This document shows positions 9,273-19,808 of a stretch of DNA of 64,000 nucleotides, piece by piece. Within the stretch, counting starts at the first letter, position 1; the number at the start of each line of letters is the position of its first letter. Under the pieces are notes generated by a model that did no database searches, was not told the origin of the DNA, and was given only the letters and a program-made list of their open reading frames with translations. The position numbers and the translations under genes were made by a program. This stretch comes from an uncultured Gemmatimonadales bacterium (GTDB lineage: Bacteria > Gemmatimonadota > Gemmatimonadetes > Palauibacterales > Palauibacteraceae): the NCBI GenBank assembly GCA_963783385.1, contig CAWANJ010000009.1, positions 448,001 through 512,000 on the forward strand, read 5' to 3'.

Positions 9273-10974
9273 GGGCGGTCCGGAGGCCGGGGCGGGGGGC
9301 GCGGGCTCCCATCGTCTGACGTGGCTCCTGGCCGCGCCCGTGCTCCTCGTCCTCGTGTGGCTGGTCGTCTACCCGAACCTCGTCGTCCTGGGCCGCTCGC
9401 TGGTCGGCCCGGGCGGCTTCACGCTGTCGGCGTACCACGACTTCTTCACCACGCGGGCCGAGCTCGAGGCAGCCTGGTCCAGCCTGTGGATCAGCGCGGC
9501 CAGCGTGCTCCTGTGCGCCCTGGTCGGGGTGCCCCTCGCCTTCCTGTTCGCGCGCTACGAGTTCCCGGGACGGCGCGTGTTCGGCGCCCTGGCGGCGCTT
9601 CCCGTGCTCCTTCCGCCCCTGGTGGGCGTGATCGCCTTCCTGTTCCTGTTCGGCGGGAGCGGGATCTTCACCCGGATCGTGCAGCGGCTCCTCGGGATGT
9701 CGCGGCCCCCGTGGGAGCTCCAGGGGGCACCGGCCATCCTGCTCGTCCACGCCTACACGATGTACGTGTACTTCTACCTGTTCGTCCGCGCGGGTCTCTC
9801 CCGCCTGGACGAAGGGGCGCTGGAGGCCGCCGAGTCCCTCGGCGCCGGCCGCTGGACGACATTCCGAAGGGTGACGCTGCCGCTCCTGACGCCCTCCCTG
9901 TCGGCCGCCGCGCTCCTGGTGTTCATGACCTCCATGGCCTCCTTCTCGGCACCCTACGTGTTCGGGGGTGGCTTCCGCGTCCTGACCACGCAGATCTACG
10001 CCAGCAAGCTGAGCGGCTCCCTGCCGCTGGCCATGGTGGAGACGGTGGTCCTGGCCGGCGTGTCGCTGGCCTTCCTGTGGGTGCTCCGCAGGCTGGAACG
10101 GGGGCGGGAGGTCGCCTCGGTCGGGAAGGGCACGGCGGCCACCCGGCATCGGGTGACGTCGGCGTGGGCCCGGTGGGGCCTGGCCGCCGCGGGCGCGGGA
10201 GGCGTGACCTTCCTCCTCCTGCCGCACCTCACCCTCCTGCTGGTGTCCTTCGTCCCCCAGGGGAGCTGGACGACCCAGATCCTGCCGCACCGGTTCAACC
10301 TGGCCAGCTACGCCGGGCTGGCCGCCGACCCCGAGCTCCTGCAGCCCATCGTCAACTCGCTGGAGATGGCCGCCCTGGCCACGGCCGCCAACCTCCTGCT
10401 GTGCTTCGTGGCGGCGTGGCTGGTCGTGCGACGCCGGTTCCGGGGCCGCGGCCTGCTCCGCGTGCTCCTGGTGCTCCCGTGGGCGCTACCCGGCACCGTG
10501 ATCGCGCTGGGCCTGGCCACCACCTTCTCGGTGGACCGCCCGGCGCTGGGTCGCTTCCTCCTGGTCGGGACCTTCTGGATCCTGCCGCTCGCCTACTTCA
10601 TCCGGAACACGCCCCTGGTCGCGCAGGCGGCGGTGGCTTCCTTCCGGCAGTTCGATCCCTCCCTCGAAGACGCGGCGCGGTCGCTCGGGGCGAGCTGGGC
10701 GACGACCATGCGCCGGGTGGCGCTGCCGCTCGTTCTTCCCGGCCTGGCCGCGGGCGGCACGCTGGCGTTCGTGACGGCGCTCGGGGAGTTCGTCGCCTCC
10801 ATCCTCCTGTACACGCACTCGACCCGGCCCATCTCCATCGAGATCCTGGCGCAGCTGCGGGCGTTCGACTTCGGCAAGGCGACGGCGCTGGGGGTGGTGC
10901 TGGCCGTGCTGGTGGCGGGGGCGTTCGCAGTGGGCGGCCGCTGGCTGCAGCGCGGAGAGCTCCTGGGGGGCTGA
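9259..10974 (+). CDS. ABC transporter permease (FbpB/ThiP type, two TM modules)
   Basis: Many TM helices; two EAA loops (LEAAESLGA, LEDAARSLGA). Confidence 0.92.
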   Translation: MARAEGGPEAGAGGAGSHRLTWLLAAPVLLVLVWLVVYPNLVVLGRSLVGPGGFTLSAYHDFFTTRAELEAAWSSLWISAASVLLCALVGVPLAFLFARYEFPGRRVFGALAALPVLLPPLVGVIAFLFLFGGSGIFTRIVQRLLGMSRPPWELQGAPAILLVHAYTMYVYFYLFVRAGLSRLDEGALEAAESLGAGRWTTFRRVTLPLLTPSLSAAALLVFMTSMASFSAPYVFGGGFRVLTTQIYASKLSGSLPLAMVETVVLAGVSLAFLWVLRRLERGREVASVGKGTAATRHRVTSAWARWGLAAAGAGGVTFLLLPHLTLLLVSFVPQGSWTTQILPHRFNLASYAGLAADPELLQPIVNSLEMAALATAANLLLCFVAAWLVVRRRFRGRGLLRVLLVLPWALPGTVIALGLATTFSVDRPALGRFLLVGTFWILPLAYFIRNTPLVAQAAVASFRQFDPSLEDAARSLGASWATTMRRVALPLVLPGLAAGGTLAFVTALGEFVASILLYTHSTRPISIEILAQLRAFDFGKATALGVVLAVLVAGAFAVGGRWLQRGELLGG

Positions 10975-10977
10975 GAG

Positions 10978-11025
10978 GTCCGACTACAGTCGTGGTCGCA
11001 TCGGGATGTCCGACTACAGCTGTAG
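10978..11025. promoter_or_regulatory. Direct repeat GTCCGACTACAG x2 with overlapping palindrome CTACAGCTGTAG
   Basis: Copies at 10978-10989 and 11008-11019; palindrome 11014-11025; intergenic, upstream of 11114. Confidence 0.45.
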
Positions 11026-11113
11026 GTCTTGCCACGCGGGTTCGACCCCGTAGAATGGACCCGAGGCCTTCCATCGGAGGGCGCCACTGCGTCCGTCCAG
11101 AGGAGGGTGTCGA

Positions 11114-11959
11114 ATGCTGTATGGCTTCATGACCACGGCCGTCCTGACCGCGATGGCGGTCGGCGCGGGCGCTCCCGCCGTCGCTCCCGTCGCGACCGCC
11201 GGGGCGGACTCCGCCCCGGCCGAGCACGTCACGATCGTGGCGACCGACTACGCGTTCCAGGCGCCGGACTCGATTCCGGCGGGCGTTGTGAATATCCATC
11301 TCGTGGACCACGGCCAGGCGCCCCACCAGGCGTGGCTGATACGGCTCGCGGATGGGAAGACCCCGAAGGACGCCCTGGGGGCGCTCTCGAAGGGCCAGAT
11401 GCCGCCGTGGATGGTGAGCCTGGGCGGTCCCAACGCGGCCATGCCGGGCGGAGAGGCGGACGGCACGCTGCTCCTCGCTCCGGGCTCCTACATGATCGTG
11501 TGTCTGATCCCGAACGCCAAGGGCGTGGTGCACGTGGCCCTGGGCATGTCGCGGGCGCTGCGGGTGACGGGGCCCGAGGCCTCGGCGTCCGTGGCGCTGC
11601 CGGCCGCGGACGACACGATCGGGCTCACGAACTACGCCTTCCTGCCCTCGCATCCTCTGACGGCGGGGCACCATCACCTGCTGATCGTCAACCGGGCCGA
11701 CCAGCTCCACGAGGCCGTGTTCGTGCGACTGGCTCCCGGCAAGACGCCGGCCGACTTCACGGCCTGGGTCGACAAGCAGGCCGGGCCTCCTCCGGGTGCC
11801 CTGGTGGGCGGGAGCGCGGGCCTGTCTCCCGGGCGCGAGGCCGAGGCCGAGGTCGATCTGACGCCGGGACGCTACGGACTCATCTGCTTCGTCCCCGACA
11901 GGAAGGACGGCAAGCCGCACTTCATGCACGGGATGATGACGGAGCTGACGATCCACTGA
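11114..11959 (+). CDS. Exported protein with two tandem cupredoxin-like domains
   Basis: Signal peptide; two repeats, each with a His and a C-x-[IV]-P...H-xxx-GM motif (CLIPNAKGVVHVALGM; CFVPDRKDGKPHFMHGM). Confidence 0.7.
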   Translation: MLYGFMTTAVLTAMAVGAGAPAVAPVATAGADSAPAEHVTIVATDYAFQAPDSIPAGVVNIHLVDHGQAPHQAWLIRLADGKTPKDALGALSKGQMPPWMVSLGGPNAAMPGGEADGTLLLAPGSYMIVCLIPNAKGVVHVALGMSRALRVTGPEASASVALPAADDTIGLTNYAFLPSHPLTAGHHHLLIVNRADQLHEAVFVRLAPGKTPADFTAWVDKQAGPPPGALVGGSAGLSPGREAEAEVDLTPGRYGLICFVPDRKDGKPHFMHGMMTELTIH

Positions 11960-12050
11960 GGTCGCGCCACGGCGCGACTTCCGGGTTCGATCGCTCCTCG
12001 GAGGGCCCGGAGACGGGCCGGCGGACCGGGTTCCGGTCCGCCGGCGTTCC

Positions 12051-12515
12051 CTACATCCCGCTCCCGCCGGGAGCCGGCGACTCGTGGTAGGCGGCGCTCA
12101 TCCACGTGCCGTTCTTCTGCACGTAGACGGAGCTGACGAGGACCGAAGCCGGCCTCTTCTGGCCGTCACAGGTGGCGTCCTGCGCGGCCTTGTACGTCAG
12201 TATGGCGACGCCGGCCGCCACCTCGCGCGCCGCCCAGTCGGACATGGAGAAGCTCTTGACGTCACACGGGTGATCCTTGAGCCCGGTGAGGTAGGCCGCC
12301 TTGCCGACCGTGAGGCCCCCCTCGTCGATATTGACGACGTTGTCCAGCAGGTGCTTCTGGAATGGGGCCGGATCGTGAGCCTGCCAGCCCTTCCACAGGG
12401 TCTGCTCGATCGTGGACAGGGTGGTGACCAGCTTCTGCTGCGCGGCGACCGGGGCGGGCACGGTCATGGCCAGGGCGCAGGCGAGGAGGACAGGGGTGAG
12501 GATGCGTGCTCGCAT
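12051..12515 (-). CDS. Exported NTF2-like (DUF4440) protein
   Basis: Signal peptide; SSVYVQKNGTWMSAAYHES C-terminus typical of this family. Confidence 0.8.
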   Translation of the reverse strand: MRARILTPVLLACALAMTVPAPVAAQQKLVTTLSTIEQTLWKGWQAHDPAPFQKHLLDNVVNIDEGGLTVGKAAYLTGLKDHPCDVKSFSMSDWAAREVAAGVAILTYKAAQDATCDGQKRPASVLVSSVYVQKNGTWMSAAYHESPAPGGSGM

Positions 12516-12738
12516 GGCGGCTCCAGGGGCAAGGGGTGAGAGGGACGCCAGGGACAGCGGCAAATTTAGGTTCTGCAAATCATCGGCCAGGGCTCCGGGC
12601 CGCCGGAGTGTCCGGCCTTCCTGGCCGCGGCCTTCGTCCCGCCGTCCCTTGCGTGGCTCCCGCCGGCCGAGCAAGGTGCGCCGTGCGGATCCACCGGTCC
12701 GCGCCGCAACCACCCACCGGAACAGGGAGGACCACGCC

Positions 12739-15700
12739 ATGCCGCTTCTCGCCTCGCGTCCCGGGACGGGCGCCGGTTCTCTCGGGCGCGCGTCCCGCGC
12801 TCCCGTGCAGCTCGTTCTCATCGGCTCGCTCCTTGTGGTCTGCTGTCTCGCGGCCCTGACCGCGGTCCCGGCCGGAGCCCAGGACCCGGACGCCGTGCTC
12901 GCGCCCGTCCTGGCGCCGGTACCCCCGGCCGCGGACACGGGCTTCCTGCACGGCCTCCGGTGGCGCGAGCTCGGGCCGGACGGCAACCGGGCCAGCGCGG
13001 TGGTGGGCGAGCCCGGGAATCCGCTGGTCGCCTACGTGGGCGCGGCTTCCGGCGGCGTGTGGAAGACCGAGGACGGTGGCTCCAGCTGGCGGCCGGTGTT
13101 CGACGACGAGCCCGCGCAGTCCATCGGGGCGCTGGCCATCGCGCCCTCGGCCCACAACGAGGTATGGGCCGGCACGGGGGAAACCTTCTACATCCGCCTG
13201 GCCACCGCCCTCGGGGACGGTGTCTACCTGTCCACCGACGCGGGCAAGACGTGGAAGAACGTGGGCCTGGGGAAGACGGGTCGCATAGGGCGCATCATCG
13301 TGGACCCCCGCGACCCCGACGTGGTCTACGTGTGCGCCATGGGCAACGGGTACGCGCCCCAGGCGGAGCGGGGCGTGTTCCGGACGCGCGATCGCGGACG
13401 GAGCTGGGAGAAGGTGCTGTTCGTGAACGACAGCACCGGTTGCTCCGACCTGGCGATCGACCCGAAGGACCCCGGCACCCTGTTCGCCGGCCTGTGGCAG
13501 GTCCAGATCCACACCTGGGACCTGCACAGCGGAGGACGGGGGAGCGGCGTGTACGTGACGCACGACGGCGGCGACCACTGGACGGAGGTCGCCGGACACG
13601 GTTTCCCCTCGGACACCGCGACCCTGGGCAAGATCTCCGTGGCGGTGGCCCCGTCGGATCCGGACCGGGTGTACGCGCTGGTCCAGGCCGGCGATCCGGC
13701 CCTGTACCGATCCGAGGACGGGGGGACGAGCTGGAGGCTGGTGAGCCACGACCACAGCATGGCGGAGCGTGGACCCTACTACACGCGGCTGCGCGTGTCG
13801 CCGTCCGATCCGGACCGACTGTACTTCGCCTCGGTTCGGTTCGGGATGTCGCGGGACGGCGGGGAGACGCTGGCCGAGCACCCGCCCCAGGGCGGCGGCG
13901 ACAACCACGACATTCTGGATCGACCCCACGAACGCCGACCGCTACATGGTGGCCCACGACGGCGGCGCCAGCATCACGCTGGACGGCGGCAAGAGCTTCC
14001 AGCGTGTCGTCCTCCCCATCGCCCAGATGTACCACGTCTACACGGACGACCGGGTGCCCTACTTCGTGTACGGGAACCGGCAGGACGGCTACTCCTACCG
14101 CGGCCCCAGTCGCACCCCGGGTGGTTTCTCGATCCCGATCGGCGCGTGGACGGCCGTGGGGGGCTGCGAGAGCGGCTTCGCGGTGCCCGACACGGTCTCG
14201 AACGACGTGGTGTGGTCGGGGTGCTACGACGGGCAGCTGGGCCGGACGGTGATCTCGACCGGCCACGAGCGCGACGTGACCGTGTGGCCCGAGGCCGGGT
14301 ACGGGGTGCCGCCGAAGGACAAGAAGTACCGGTGGAACTGGACTTTCCCGATCGCGATCTCCCCGCACGACCCGAACCGGGTGTACGTGGGGAGCCAGGT
14401 CGTGCACATGACCACGGACGGCGGCCACAGCTGGAAGGTCATCAGCCCCGACCTCACCCGCGACGACACGGCGCGGGAGGGCAGCTCGGGGGGCACCAGC
14501 ATCGACAACCTGAACACGTTCAGCGCCGCCACGCTCTCCTCGATCGCGGAGTCGCCGGTGAAGGCCGGCGTCCTGTGGACGGGGAGCTACGACGGGCTCG
14601 TGCACGTGAGCCGGGACGGCGGGGCGAACTGGACCGACGTCACGGGCAACATCCCGGGCCTCCCGGCGTGGGGCAGGGTCAGCAACGTGGAGCCCTCCCA
14701 TTTCGAGGCCGGCACGGCCTACGTGGCCGTGGACCTCCAGGAGCAGGGTGACTTCGCGCCCTACGTGTACGTGACCCGCGACTACGGGGCGCACTGGAAG
14801 CGCATCGACGCGGGACTGCCGCGCACGGAGCTGAGCGCCGTGCACGTGGTGCGAGAGGACCCCTCGCAGCCCGGACTCCTGTTCGTGGGGACCGAGAACG
14901 GCGTGTGGACGAGCCCGGACGACGGCGGCCACTGGCGCTCGCTACAGACGAACCTGCCGCACGCCCCGGCCTTCTGGCTCACCGTGCAGCCCCACTTCCA
15001 CGACCTGGCGGTGGCCACCTACGGCCGCGGCATCTGGATCCTGGACGACATCACCCCCCTCGAGCGGATGGCCGCCGCGGGCGCGGGCGCGGCGGACAGC
15101 GTCGCCTTCTTCGCTCCCCGCAAGGCCTATCGATTCCGACCCGTGCAGACGCGACATTCCACGCCGGGCCACGTGCAGGGGAGGAACCCTCCGAACGGCG
15201 TCGCGCTCAGCTACGTGCTCCCCGCGAAGGTGTCCTCGCCGGCCCGGCTGGTCGTGCTGGACGCGAAGGGCGACACGGTGCGTACGCTGAGAGGGGAGGG
15301 CGACGCGGGGCTCGACCGCTCCTGGTGGAACCTCCGGTACGAGGACGTGCGGCGGCCGAAGCTCAGGACACCGCCGCCCGACGCGCCGTGGGTGCCGCTC
15401 GGAGAGGATGGGACGCGTTCGGTCGTGCCCTGGGACCTGGATCTGAGCCGGCGCGGACCGGTGGCGCCCCCGGGGACCTACACGGTGAGGCTGTCCGTGT
15501 CCGGTAAGACCCTCTCGCGCGAGGTCGAGGTCCTCAAGGACCCGAGCACGTCGGGGACGGCGCCGGACATCCGGGCCCAGACCGAACTCGCGCTGAGCAT
15601 TCGGGACGACATGGACACGACGGCGGTCATGATCGACCGGCTCGAGTGGCTCCGGAAGCAGCTCGAGGACCTGTCGGACCTGCTGGCGAGCCAGGCCCAC

Positions 15701-16078
15701 CGGGGAGCCCGGGCGTCGACCTCCGACCCGGGCGACCTGAGGAAGCGGGTCGATGCCGCGCGCGACTCGGCGACCGCGGTGGAGGGACGCCTGTTCGACA
15801 TCCACCTGACCGGGGCGCGCGAGGACGCCTTCCGGCACCCGAACCGGTTGTGGAGCCGGTACGCCTCGCTCCTGTCCGACGTGGCCGAGGAGTCCTCGGA
15901 CTTCCCGCCGACCGATCAGCAGCGCCAGGTGTTCGGCCTGCTGCACGGGCGCCTGGGCGAGGCGCGGGCGGCCTACGACGACCTCGTCACCCGGATCGTG
16001 CCGGCCCTCCGCGAAGCCCTCCGCAAGGCGGACCTCCCGTTCGTGCTCCCGGCCGGCCCGGCCGATTCCGGGAGCTGA
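12739..16078 (+). CDS. BNR/VPS10 (sortilin-like) repeat glycosyl hydrolase, one frameshift at ~13913
   Basis: Many SxDGGxxW Asp-boxes; GGDNHD|IWIDP is split between ORFs 12412-14751 and 13769-16078 by one extra T. Confidence 0.88.
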
Positions 16079-16321
16079 CGCCGGCGACCGACGGGACGGT
16101 GCGGGGACCGGTCGGCGCCGGAGCCTTCCCCACGCGGAAAGGCGGGACCCTCCCGACAGACACGCGGAGCCATCCTGCCCATCCTACAGGAAACCCGCAT
16201 TCGCACAGCCAGGCAGGGCGCGGCGTTACGGGCGTGTTACGCCCCGGGTGCCCCGCGGTGACGCGGTCCCCGCATCCTTCGGCGAGTCAGAGGCCGAACG
16301 CGAGATACGGAGGAGGCCGCC

Positions 16322-16570
16322 TTGTACACGCTGATCCGCGATCCCGATGGGACCGTGACTCTGCGCACCCACGTAGACCCGGGAGAGCTCCCGGCCCTGG
16401 AGGCGCGGCGGCTCCTGCGCGCGCTTCGCCCGGTGCTCGAAGTCCTGCGAGAGCGCTCGCGAGCGGATCACCCCGCTTCCGGCGGTCCCGGCCCCCGGGA
16501 TACGCGAGCCGCATCGACCGGGGCTCCCGCGCCCCTCCCCCGCCGACCGGGGTTCGTCCCGGTCGGCTGA
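16322..16570 (+). CDS. Hypothetical protein
   Basis: GGAGGAGG RBS then TTG start; 82 aa. Confidence 0.45.
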   Translation: MYTLIRDPDGTVTLRTHVDPGELPALEARRLLRALRPVLEVLRERSRADHPASGGPGPRDTRAASTGAPAPLPRRPGFVPVG

Positions 16571-16591
16571 CCTTCGCTCCGAGGGGGACCC

Positions 16592-17545
16592 GTGGACGGA
16601 ATCGTCGATCGAGGTCCGGAGTGCATCGGAGTCGCCATCGACCCGGGCAAACCGTGCGAGCTGGCGCTCCGCTACGCTTCCTTCCTGGCGGCCTGGCACG
16701 GCGCCGAACTCGTTCTCCTCACCGCCGGCCCCGTCGAAGGCGCCGGAGCCGCCGCGCTCGGCGAGGCGGCCGGCCGACTCGCCGAGCTGGCCGCGGGCCT
16801 GGAGCCCGAGCCCGGCTGGCGACCCGGGGCGACGGCCTACCGGCTTCGACCCTTCGGAGTTGACCCCGGCCGAAGACAGCCGCGCACCACGGAGCTCCCG
16901 GCGCGCGCGCCCGCGGCCGAAGCGCTCCGGGCGGCCGCGCGGAACGAGGACGTGGATCTCCTGGTGGTCCCGCGGGGGGTGTGCTGGGCGGGTGCGCTGT
17001 ACCCGCTCGAATCGATCGCGGAACGGCTCGCGCTCGGCACCTCGGTGCCCGTACTCGCCGTGCCCGAGACCGGGTCGCCGGGCGTCGTGGCGCCGCGGCC
17101 GACGATCGTGGTCCCGGCTCTCTCGGCCGAGAACGCGCCGGCGTGTCTGAGCTGGGCCTTCTCCTTCTCGGACCGACTCGAGGGCCGGGTGGCGGTGGTG
17201 CCGGCGGGCGGGGATGCAGCCGCGGCTCTCGAGCGACTGCGTCGCGCCCTCGGCCGCATCCGGACGGATCTCGTGGTGACGACGGCCGAGGAGCGCGACG
17301 TCGCGGGTGCGCGGAGGCTGTCCCACGTGGTGGCCGGCCTGCTGCGCACCGCTCCCTGTCCGGTCCTCGTCTTGCCGCCGGGCTACCGCGCCGCCCCGCC
17401 GGAGCCGGTGGCTGACAGGACCTGTCCGCCCCTCCGGAGACCGCGCTCCACGGGTGCGGGGAGTTCCCCCACATCCGTCCGGTGGCACCTCCGTACGTCC
17501 CGGGTCGAGCGACGTCCGACAGACGGGCGGATGGCAGGGCGCTAG
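16592..17545 (+). CDS. Divergent tandem universal stress protein
   Basis: DVDLLVV, ESIAERL...VPVLAVP; DLVV...SHVVAGLLRTAPCPVLVLP. Confidence 0.65.
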   Translation: MDGIVDRGPECIGVAIDPGKPCELALRYASFLAAWHGAELVLLTAGPVEGAGAAALGEAAGRLAELAAGLEPEPGWRPGATAYRLRPFGVDPGRRQPRTTELPARAPAAEALRAAARNEDVDLLVVPRGVCWAGALYPLESIAERLALGTSVPVLAVPETGSPGVVAPRPTIVVPALSAENAPACLSWAFSFSDRLEGRVAVVPAGGDAAAALERLRRALGRIRTDLVVTTAEERDVAGARRLSHVVAGLLRTAPCPVLVLPPGYRAAPPEPVADRTCPPLRRPRSTGAGSSPTSVRWHLRTSRVERRPTDGRMAGR

Positions 17546-17586
17546 GGTGAAGGGGTGACCCGAGGACCTCCACGCGAGGGATCGCC

Positions 17587-18135
17587 ATGCGCCTCTCCTA
17601 CCAGACCGTTTCCGAAATCATGCAGACCAATGTGACGACCGTGGATGCGGGCGCCAGCGTCCGGTCGCTGGTCCGGCTTCTGACCGAGAAGGAGATCAGC
17701 GGCGCGCCGGTCGTGGACGCGGAAGGGCGCGTCGTCGGCGTCGTCTCCGCCAGCGACGTGCTCCGGGCCGCGGCCACGGAGCCGCGCCGGGAAGCGGCGT
17801 CGACCGCGACTTCGGGGGACACGGCCGCGGAGCCCGAGCCGGTGGAGGGCTACTACGAGGACCCGGGCGGGCCACATCGGCACTACGAGCCGCTGGTACT
17901 GTCCCTGGTCCCGCCCGACTGGCTGGACACCCGGCGCGTCGGCGACATCATGACGCGCACCCTCCACGCCGTGAGGCCCAAGACGACGCTGGACAACCTG
18001 GCCCGGCTCTTTCTGCGGACCGGGATCCACCGGGCCCTGGTCATGGAAGAGGGGGCCCTGGTCGGGCTCGTCACGACCTTCGACGTGCTGCGCTGTCTGG
18101 TGGGCCGCTCCGAGATCTTCCAGCGGACCTTCTGA
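17587..18135 (+). CDS. CBS-domain protein
   Basis: VSEIMQT, ISGAPVVD...VGVVSASD, VGDIMTR, LVGLVTTFD. Confidence 0.9.
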   Translation: MRLSYQTVSEIMQTNVTTVDAGASVRSLVRLLTEKEISGAPVVDAEGRVVGVVSASDVLRAAATEPRREAASTATSGDTAAEPEPVEGYYEDPGGPHRHYEPLVLSLVPPDWLDTRRVGDIMTRTLHAVRPKTTLDNLARLFLRTGIHRALVMEEGALVGLVTTFDVLRCLVGRSEIFQRTF

Positions 18136-18163
18136 CCCGATCCCGCCACTCACCTCCGTCGGT

Positions 18164-18389
18164 CGCCGCGCGCCATCTTGCGGCCCCCGACCGCGGGTCC
18201 CGGCGAACCCCTCTCCGGGGCCCGCGGGACCGTGCGTCGGCCTGGTGCGACCCTACATGCCTCCGCGTCGCGCCGAGGGCGGCAGCATGCCGTTCATGCG
18301 CAGGTACAGCGACAGCCGGCTGTAGTGGTCCGCCCAGTCGGCCGCGAGGGACATCATGACGGCGCCGCGCGCCATCTTGCGGCCCCCGA
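18164..18389. repeat. 27-bp exact direct repeat (18164-18190 and 18363-18389)
   Basis: CGCCGCGCGCCATCTTGCGGCCCCCGA occurs inside the DinB CDS and again in its downstream intergenic region. Confidence 0.8.
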
Positions 18390-18813
18390 AGAAGGGCACC
18401 GGATCGGAGAGCTTCGAGTCGTCGACGCCGGCAAGCGCCGTCTGGCAGAAGTCGAACGAAGCCTGCAGCATGGACACCAGACCGTCCTTGTCGGTATCGC
18501 TGACTTCCTTGCCCTTCGGCCGCTCCACTCCGCCGATGGCCGAGCACATGTAGTCGTTGGACTGGGCCACGTGCTTGATCTCCGCCCCGTAGCTCCGGAC
18601 GGTCTTGTCCGCCTTGAAGGCGTACTTGTCGGCGGGCATGTCCTTGGCGGACTGTACCAGCCAGCCGCTGTAACGCTTCATGGTGCTCTGCAGACTTTCG
18701 GTGATCGGGTTGGAGCCGCCCTGCTGCGCCTGCGCGGGCGGAGCGAGGACGAGCGCGGCGGCAGCGCAGAGCAAGGCCGCCGGAAACAGGGCTACGCGGC
18801 GTGTGGACGCCAT
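18253..18813 (-). CDS. Exported DinB family protein
   Basis: Signal peptide; MPADKYAFK, RSYG..IKHVA, DHYSRLSLYLRMNGMLPP. Confidence 0.85.
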   Translation of the reverse strand: MASTRRVALFPAALLCAAAALVLAPPAQAQQGGSNPITESLQSTMKRYSGWLVQSAKDMPADKYAFKADKTVRSYGAEIKHVAQSNDYMCSAIGGVERPKGKEVSDTDKDGLVSMLQASFDFCQTALAGVDDSKLSDPVPFFGGRKMARGAVMMSLAADWADHYSRLSLYLRMNGMLPPSARRGGM

Positions 18814-18986
18814 GGGTGACCTCCTCGAGTTCTGTGGGATGGCGTGCGACCGACCGCAACATGAGAAGAGCCGGTCCGACCGGCAATCGAGGGCCATCTG
18901 GTACGACCCTTGATCCGAACTCGGAGGACAGGGGGCCGGCGTGCCGCCGACCCACCACGACAGCGCGTAGAACAGGGGAGGGCCGG

Positions 18987-19754
18987 GTGGGCCGAGTCGA
19001 AGGAAAAGTGGCGGTGGTCACGGGCGCCGCGCTCGGGATCGGACAGGCGACGAGTCGGCTCCTGGCCCGGGAAGGCGCCTCGGTGGCGGTCACCGATATG
19101 CTCGCCGACGAGGGGCGGCGACTGGTCGGTGCCATCGAGGAGGCAGGGGGTTCGGCGCGCTTCTGGACCCTCGACGTCACGGACGAGGAGCGGATCCGTA
19201 CCGTCCTCGACGAGGTCGCGGAGGCGTTCGGAGGCATCGACGTGCTGGTGAACAACGCCGGCATTGCCGGCGAGACCGCCCCGACCGACCGGATTTCCGT
19301 CGAGGCCTGGGACCGGGTCATGGACGTCAACGTGCGGGGCGTGTTCCTGTGCACCAAGCACGCGATCCCGCACCTGCGGCGACGGGGGGGCGGCAGCATC
19401 GTGAACCTCTCCTCCATCTTCGGCCTCGTCGGGGGCCGGGACAACCCGCCCTACTACGCATCCAAGGGCGCGGTCCGGCTCATGTCCAAGGCCGATGCTC
19501 TGCAGTACGCGGAGGAGCGTATCCGCGTGAACTCGGTCCATCCCGGCTTCATCTGGACGCCCATGGTCGAGGGGTTCCTGCGTGCCTCGGGCGACGTCGA
19601 GGAGGGTCGGCGCAGGCTCGACCGACTCCACCCCGTGGGGCACGTCGGCGAGCCGGATGACGTGGCCTACGGGATCCTCTACCTGGCCTCGGACGAGTCC
19701 CGCTTCGTGACGGGCAGCGAGCTGGTGATCGATGGGGGCTACACGGCGCGCTGA
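18987..19754 (+). CDS. SDR family oxidoreductase
   Basis: TGAALGIG, NNAG, YYASK, HPGFIWT. Confidence 0.93.
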   Translation: MGRVEGKVAVVTGAALGIGQATSRLLAREGASVAVTDMLADEGRRLVGAIEEAGGSARFWTLDVTDEERIRTVLDEVAEAFGGIDVLVNNAGIAGETAPTDRISVEAWDRVMDVNVRGVFLCTKHAIPHLRRRGGGSIVNLSSIFGLVGGRDNPPYYASKGAVRLMSKADALQYAEERIRVNSVHPGFIWTPMVEGFLRASGDVEEGRRRLDRLHPVGHVGEPDDVAYGILYLASDESRFVTGSELVIDGGYTAR

Positions 19755-19808
19755 TGGGAGCCCGGGAAGGGCGGTCGCGCAGGTCGCTCGACGAGGGAGG
19801 AGCATCGC

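Noticed and set aside
13900-13925. Programmed frameshift in the BNR hydrolase (also arsR and the beta-CASP gene)
   Set aside because: Single-base indels inside conserved motifs without slippery-site context; assembly error is more likely.
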